Origin: Halodesulfurarchaeum sp.
Lineage (GTDB): Archaea > Halobacteriota > Halobacteria > Halobacteriales > Halobacteriaceae
Assembly: GCA_042216015.1 (NCBI GenBank)
Contig: JBDGUI010000012.1
Location: 1 to 22,784 of the forward strand
DNA length: 22,784 bases
Reading direction: 5' to 3'
In this document: piece by piece, positions 18,010-22,784 of the stretch
How positions within the stretch are numbered: position 1 is the stretch's first letter
How the letters are laid out: every line of letters starts with the position of its first letter
Notes under the pieces: model-generated
The model's database searches: none
Seen by the model: the letters and a program-made list of their open reading frames with translations, nothing else
What the model was told of the DNA's origin: nothing
Position numbers and translations under genes: made by a program

Positions 18010-19452
18010 CAGCGGTTTCGAGCCGGAGCCTCCGGCCTCAAGGAGTAAGCGGAGCGAGCGAGTAGGCCGGAGAGGAAGCCGACAACACCGCAACAGACCA
18101 CGGACTGTAGCCGCCCTTTCCCACTAACGTTAATGAACCACCAGACATACATCTGACGTATGGAGGTGCGGCGAACTGTCCCGGTCAAACTCGGCGTGGA
18201 CAGCGACGACGCCGCACTTCTCCGCGAGACAGTAGACGAGTTTTTGTGGGCCGCCAACTACGTCGTAGACCACGCTTGGCAGGGCGAATATAAGACGACC
18301 AGCAAGGCCCAGTTGCAGGAAGAAACCTACGACGAGGTGCGTGAGCAGACGCGGTTGCACGCGAACCTCGTCCAGAACGCCCGCAACAAGGCCGCCGACG
18401 CCGTACAGGGCGTCGTCGCTCGGTGGAAGCAGGGCGAGTACGCTGGCAAACCACACTTCTCGAACCCAACCGTGGTCTACGACAAACGGTGTGCGACCTT
18501 CCACGACGAGTCCGTGTCGCTGGCAACCGTTGACGGACGTATCGAAACCGAGTACGTCCTACCTGACGGCGACCGCGACACACCCCACAGCCGGTATCTC
18601 GACAACGACGACTACGAGGTGACGGGGGCAGAACTCCACAACAAGGACGGCGAGTGGTTCCTTCATCTTCGCACAAAGGCGGAGGTGGAGTCCGACACGC
18701 CGGAACAGGCAACGACCGGGCACAGCACAGTCCTCGGCGTTGACCTCGGCGTGAACCAACTTGCCGTCACTTCGACAGGCACGTTCTGGAGTGGTCACGA
18801 GTTCGACCACTGGCGGCGGGAGTACGAAAATCGGCGGGCGTCACTCCAGCGTTGTGGGTCGCGCCACGCCCACGAGAATATCCAGTCTGTCGGGCGGAAA
18901 GAGACGGGCCGGTTCAAGATGAGGCTCCACCGGATTGCGAACGGGGTAATCGAGGAAGCCACCGAGAACGGTTGTACGGTCATCGCCTTCGAGGCGTTGA
19001 CCGGCATCCGCGACCGACTCCCCGGTGTTTCGTGGGGGCACAAGTGGGCGTTTGAGCGGTTGTACGAGTACGTCGAATACAAAGCCGCAGAGTACGGCAT
19101 CGACGTGGAGCAAGTGGACCCGGAGAATACGTCACGCCGTTGCTCATACTGTGGGTTCACCCACCCGGACAACCGCAACGGCGAGGACTTCGCGTGTCTG
19201 AAATGCGGATACGAGAACCACGCGGACTACAACGCGGCAAAGAACATCGGACTACGGTATCTCCGTCGTAACCAAACTGGGGACGGCGGAGGCGCACCCG
19301 TAGGCGTGCGCTTGAATCGCGGGATGTTGAACGCGAACGGAGGATATGAACCTCCTGCCGGAGATTCCGGTCAGAGCGGGAGTCCACGCGGAAGCCCCAC
19401 CCTCAACGAAGCGAACGGCGAAGCCGTGAGTGAGTAGGGTGGGGTAGCTTAC
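18010..19452 (+). mobile_element. IS200/IS605 family, IS1341-type (tnpB-only, non-autonomous) element
   Basis: Left-end stem CTCCGGCCT/AGGCCGGAG (18030-38 and 18064-72); right-end stem CCCCACCCT/AGGGTGGGG (19395-403 and 19436-44) followed by TAGCTTAC. Both loops share CTCAA...GAG.GAGTAGG. There is no tnpA and no terminal IR or TSD. The exact boundaries are inferred. Confidence 0.85.
18160..19437 (+). CDS. tnpB: RNA-guided endonuclease TnpB
   Basis: RuvC-I VLGVDLG, RuvC-II IAFE, zinc ribbon TSRRCSYCG...CLKCG and Ruv[24 protein letters not shown]-like box about 30 nt upstream. Confidence 0.95.
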   Translation: MEVRRTVPVKLGVDSDDAALLRETVDEFLWAANYVVDHAWQGEYKTTSKAQLQEETYDEVREQTRLHANLVQNARNKAADAVQGVVARWKQGEYAGKPHFSNPTVVYDKRCATFHDESVSLATVDGRIETEYVLPDGDRDTPHSRYLDNDDYEVTGAELHNKDGEWFLHLRTKAEVESDTPEQATTGHSTVLGVDLGVNQLAVTSTGTFWSGHEFDHWRREYENRRASLQRCGSRHAHENIQSVGRKETGRFKMRLHRIANGVIEEATENGCTVIAFEALTGIRDRLPGVSWGHKWAFERLYEYVEYKAAEYGIDVEQVDPENTSRRCSYCGFTHPDNRNGEDFACLKCGYENHADYNAAKNIGLRYLRRNQTGDGGGAPVGVRLNRGMLNANGGYEPPAGDSGQSGSPRGSPTLNEANGEAVSE

Positions 19453-19470
19453 TACGCGATTTCCTCGGTC
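19290..19470 (+). ncRNA. Predicted TnpB omega/reRNA (sense-overlapping transcript) plus 3' guide
   Basis: TnpB guide RNAs derive from the tnpB 3' end and the right end. The structured right end is visible here. The 5' boundary is a guess. Confidence 0.55.
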
Positions 19471-20381
19471 ATTGCATCCAGGCCAAGCACGGCTGCTGCC
19501 CCAAGAATTCCCCAGCCAATCAGCATCGCCGTGACAAGGGGCGTCCACTCTGGCGTGGCTTCGAGGACCCGGTCTCCCGGGGCTCGAAGGGCCCCGACCA
19601 TGAGCGCCACGAGGAAGGTCATCGTGTGTACGCGATAGTGCTCGAGGGCGTAGGCGACGACTCTCGCGAATGAGAGGATGCCGACGAGTGCGCCCATGGC
19701 GAATACGAAGAGCGTGAGGAAGGGAGCAATCGCGGCGTCGAACGCCAGAGCGAACCCGGCCTGGGTCAGCTCGTGGACTGCCGTGATGATCGTCTCGTAC
19801 TGGCCGAGCGTGAGGAGAATGAGCGAACCGGAGATGCCCGGCAGGACCATCGCGGAGATCCCGATCATCCCCGACACGAAGAGGATGACCGGGCCCGAGC
19901 CGATCTCGCCGTTCGAGAGCCCGCTGACCCAGAAGGCGAGGGCGAAGCCCGCGAAGGCGACGAGCCATCCCGCCGCCGATTCGAGGCTCAATTCGTCACG
20001 GAGGACGATCACCGAGGCGACGATCAGCCCGAAGAAAAAGGCGTAGGTCGGGCCTGCATAGGCGCCGACGGCCCACTCGATGACGTTTGCCGCGGTGAGG
20101 GCGGCCGAGACGACGCCCACGCCGAGCACGACGAGAAAGTGGAGATCCATCGCGACGATGTGCGCCGCAGCGGATCGGCGGGCCGCCGGGTCGTGGGGAC
20201 GGAGCAGATCACGAAGGAGGGCGAGTCCCCCCTCGAAATCGAGGGCGGCAATCGCGCTCACCAGCCGGTCGTAGATGCCCGCGATGAGGGCGATCGTCCC
20301 TCCCGAAACGCCCGGGACGGCGTCTGCCGCGCCCATCGCGAAGCCCTTGAGGTACGTCTTCAGCCAGTCGGGGACGGACAT
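19452..20381 (-). CDS. DUF368 family membrane protein (polyprenyl-phosphate transporter family)
   Basis: KGFAMGAADAVPGVSGGTIALIAGIY, FFFGLI and AMVLPGISGSLILL.LGQY (two PG.SG repeats). The ATG at 20381 overlaps the aglB stop (TGATG). Confidence 0.92.
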   Translation of the reverse strand: MSVPDWLKTYLKGFAMGAADAVPGVSGGTIALIAGIYDRLVSAIAALDFEGGLALLRDLLRPHDPAARRSAAAHIVAMDLHFLVVLGVGVVSAALTAANVIEWAVGAYAGPTYAFFFGLIVASVIVLRDELSLESAAGWLVAFAGFALAFWVSGLSNGEIGSGPVILFVSGMIGISAMVLPGISGSLILLTLGQYETIITAVHELTQAGFALAFDAAIAPFLTLFVFAMGALVGILSFARVVAYALEHYRVHTMTFLVALMVGALRAPGDRVLEATPEWTPLVTAMLIGWGILGAAAVLGLDAMTEEIA

Positions 20382-22784
20382 CACTCCGCCGGTCGGGCAA
20401 CGGGAGCGTCAGTGCGAACGGTCGTCCCGGCCATCGCTTCGAGTGCCCCGTCCGGAGTTTCGAGGGACTGGGTGGTGTTCGTCGCGTTGGCCGCGCTGCC
20501 GGTGGTCGCCGTGTCGTTTTCGACCGGCTCGGTCGTGTTGGTTTCAGCCGTGCCGTTCGACGGGGTCGTGTCGGTTCCGTTCCGGTTGGCGAGCGAGCCG
20601 AGGATCGTCCGCTCGAGGGTGACCTGGATTGGGGTCTCGTCCTCGCCGATCACGGCCGCCTCGGAGACGGAGACCGAGGCGTTGTACCGGGTGATGTTCA
20701 TCGTGGTTTGATTGAAGGTCGTCGGCGTGCTGAACGTGTACGGACCGGCTGCCCGGACGCTCACGTTGGTGTACCCCTCCTCGGGGCCCCAGTTCTGGTA
20801 GCCGGTCGTCGAGTACGGGAGGGTCATCTCGAACTCGCCGTCCGGGCCGGTCTGGGCGTGCTGGGTGTAGGTGAAGTTGTTCGGGCCGATCGGGCTTGGA
20901 GTCTGCATTTCGACGGTGGCGGTCACGGTCGTGTTCGCGGGCGCCTCGCCCTCGACCGTGGCGCCGGGGACGCGCTCGAAGAGCTTCACCCAGGTGGGCT
21001 GTTCGCCCTGGCGGAACGCGAGGTTGGCGAGCGTGTTTCGCGGCACGCCCGCATCCCTGGAGAGTCGGACCAGTCGGTAGTGCTCGAGGGCCTTGATGTC
21101 CTCGCGGGGGAAGTCAGCCACGCCCCCGAGGAAGGCGCTGGTGTGGTTGTTCACGTACTCCCGGGCGGCCTGGGTCGTGCGGAACTGCTTCGTGCCGCTG
21201 AAGGTCGGCACCGGGTTCTGGTACTGCTGGTAGTTCTGGTTTTTGTACTCCACGACGGTCGTGGCGTCGACCGCACTGCCGTGGAAGCGATAGAGCCGGA
21301 CCACCATGCTCTCGTAATAGCGCTGGGTCTTGAGCGTCGTGATCGGCGGTCGGTAGCCTTGCTTGAGGTACGCCCCGGCGTTCGGCCCGAGGATCTGGCC
21401 GCCGATCATGTCGCTGTAGGAGAGGGATTCGTTGGCGCTGTAGAAGACCGTCGGGGCACTGAACTTGGCCTGCGTGTCGACCATCTTGTAGTCGACGGCG
21501 ACGTAGCGGGTCTTCGCGTCTGCCTCTTGGGTGGCGTTCAGCGCGTCGGCCGCGGCCTCCGCACTCGGTGCGAGGAGGTAGTTCGCCGCGTTCGTGGAAT
21601 GTTGCTGGAACGGGTTTGCGACCGGAATCCGCTCGCCGATGACCGTGATCCAGTGGCCGTAGTCCCACCAGCTCATGACGCCGTAACTGCCCGCGGGGTA
21701 GTCGTAATTGCCGTCCGCCGGAACGCCGTAGGTGCCGTAGTAATCGAGTTTGTCCTGATTGCCTGCTCCGGCGTAGTTCCCCTCCGCAGGCGTGTTGTGC
21801 TGCATCCAGTTGAGCGTGTCATCCCACTGGGTGACTGCGCCCGGCCCGGCACTCGCGCCGGTTTCGATCGCACTGCGCATCGGCACCTGTCTGCCCTGCT
21901 GATTGGCGAAGCTAATTGGAGCGAGCAGCGGGGCGAAGAGGAGCAGGCCGATCGCGGCGACGACCATGACGTGACTCCAGTTGATGTTGCTGGGCGAGAG
22001 CGTGTCGAGACTGATCCCGACGACGTCGATAACTCGGCCCACGAGGTACGCGGCGAGGATCGAGACCGGGACGACGAGGTAGTAGTTGAAGCGGATCTGG
22101 GTCAGCGCTGCGGAGAGCATGAACGCCGACCAGACCACGAGGAGGATCTTGTCGGTCCGGTACTCGCCGTAGACCAGGAAGGTGGCGAGTGCGAGTGAGA
22201 CGAACAGCAGGCCAAAGAGGTCGGCCGGCAGGCCGACGATGCCGCCGATTGCGCCGGCGATCGAGGGGAAGCTGATGAAGAGGCCGGTGACGAGGAGGAA
22301 CGCGGCGGCGAATCCGATCCGGCGGTTGTCATTGCTCAGCAGGTGGGGTTTGAGCGCCATCCAGAGCCCGCCGATGAGGGCGACGTAGAACGCGGCGCCG
22401 TACTCGAAGAAGAAGGCCTCCCAGGCGCCGAGACCCAGCTGGCTTCGGCGGGACTGGATGAAGGGTTGGGCCTCGCTGATGGTTGCCTGGCCGGCGCCGG
22501 TCTGGAGGCCGATGATGCCGAGAAGGCTATCAAAGATACCTCCAACGAATCCCGGCAAAATCACCATGCCCATTCCGACGACCACAACGACCGTGGCCAA
22601 CACAGTCGGTGGATAGTAGTTCGGCTCGATGTCCCGGGCTTCCCACGCTCTGGCGAGCCAGGAGAGGAAGACGGCCCCAATGGCGACGACGAATGGGGCG
22701 GAGACCTGCATGAGCGTGTAACCGGTGGCGAAGAAGTCGAGATAGCGCAAGGGGACGAGCATGAGAATGCCCGTGGTGACGAGC
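20381..22784 (-). CDS. aglB: Oligosaccharyltransferase AglB (STT3 family), 5' part outside the window
   Basis: TISEAQP (EL5), QIRFNYY, YGVMSWWDYGHWI (WWDYG at 21656-21670), ANPFQ and VDYKM. The frame stays open to the window edge. Confidence 0.96.
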   Translation of the reverse strand, partial: LVTTGILMLVPLRYLDFFATGYTLMQVSAPFVVAIGAVFLSWLARAWEARDIEPNYYPPTVLATVVVVVGMGMVILPGFVGGIFDSLLGIIGLQTGAGQATISEAQPFIQSRRSQLGLGAWEAFFFEYGAAFYVALIGGLWMALKPHLLSNDNRRIGFAAAFLLVTGLFISFPSIAGAIGGIVGLPADLFGLLFVSLALATFLVYGEYRTDKILLVVWSAFMLSAALTQIRFNYYLVVPVSILAAYLVGRVIDVVGISLDTLSPSNINWSHVMVVAAIGLLLFAPLLAPISFANQQGRQVPMRSAIETGASAGPGAVTQWDDTLNWMQHNTPAEGNYAGAGNQDKLDYYGTYGVPADGNYDYPAGSYGVMSWWDYGHWITVIGERIPVANPFQQHSTNAANYLLAPSAEAAADALNATQEADAKTRYVAVDYKMVDTQAKFSAPTVFYSANESLSYSDMIGGQILGPNAGAYLKQGYRPPITTLKTQRYYESMVVRLYRFHGSAVDATTVVEYKNQNYQQYQNPVPTFSGTKQFRTTQAAREYVNNHTSAFLGGVADFPREDIKALEHYRLVRLSRDAGVPRNTLANLAFRQGEQPTWVKLFERVPGATVEGEAPANTTVTATVEMQTPSPIGPNNFTYTQHAQTGPDGEFEMTLPYSTTGYQNWGPEEGYTNVSVRAAGPYTFSTPTTFNQTTMNITRYNASVSVSEAAVIGEDETPIQVTLERTILGSLANRNGTDTTPSNGTAETNTTEPVENDTATTGSAANATNTTQSLETPDGALEAMAGTTVRTDAPVARPAE

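Noticed and set aside
17754..18081. Hairpin cluster as a CRISPR-like array for TnpB (Cas12-like system)
   Set aside because: The hairpins differ in sequence and spacing; there is no repeat-spacer periodicity.
17650..18159. A tnpA (Y1 HUH transposase) upstream of tnpB, and short ORFs 17882-18127 and 18009-18257
   Set aside because: No HUH or catalytic Tyr motif in the ORF-track translations of this stretch; they run through hairpin and left-end DNA.

Overview
GC-rich haloarchaeal (class Halobacteria) chromosomal segment, judged from acidic proteins, archaeal TATA-type promoters and gene content. Mostly core genes. From left to right: the 5' tip of gyrB (not in the ORF track) diverges from a top6B-top6A operon, and top6B carries a 567-aa LAGLIDADG intein. 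Next come a GCS2-family ligase, proteasome beta subunit psmB, a 56-aa small protein, DUF555, an HTH-CBS regulator, purM, a coupled TraB + M50 peptidase pair, an acyl-CoA thioesterase and a COG1361 + RND/MMPL exporter operon. An accessory patch at about 16.86-19.45 kb holds gene debris, a 5'-truncated toxin-like gene, a hairpin-rich PATE/REP-like element and an intact tnpB-only IS200/IS605 (IS1341-type) element. The window ends with a DUF368 gene translationally coupled to oligosaccharyltransferase aglB (partial). Best leads: (1) a perfect 25-nt purine/pyrimidine-alternating tract plus TTTCAC repeats in the shared gyrase/topo VI promoter region, a possible supercoiling sensor; (2) the TnpB element, whose right end appears to supply the last base of the DUF368 stop codon, which allows its guide and empty site to be predicted; (3) aglB-DUF368 coupling, a candidate dolichol-phosphate recycling flippase. 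I cannot demonstrate a wholly new system. All family calls come from motif recognition without database searches.
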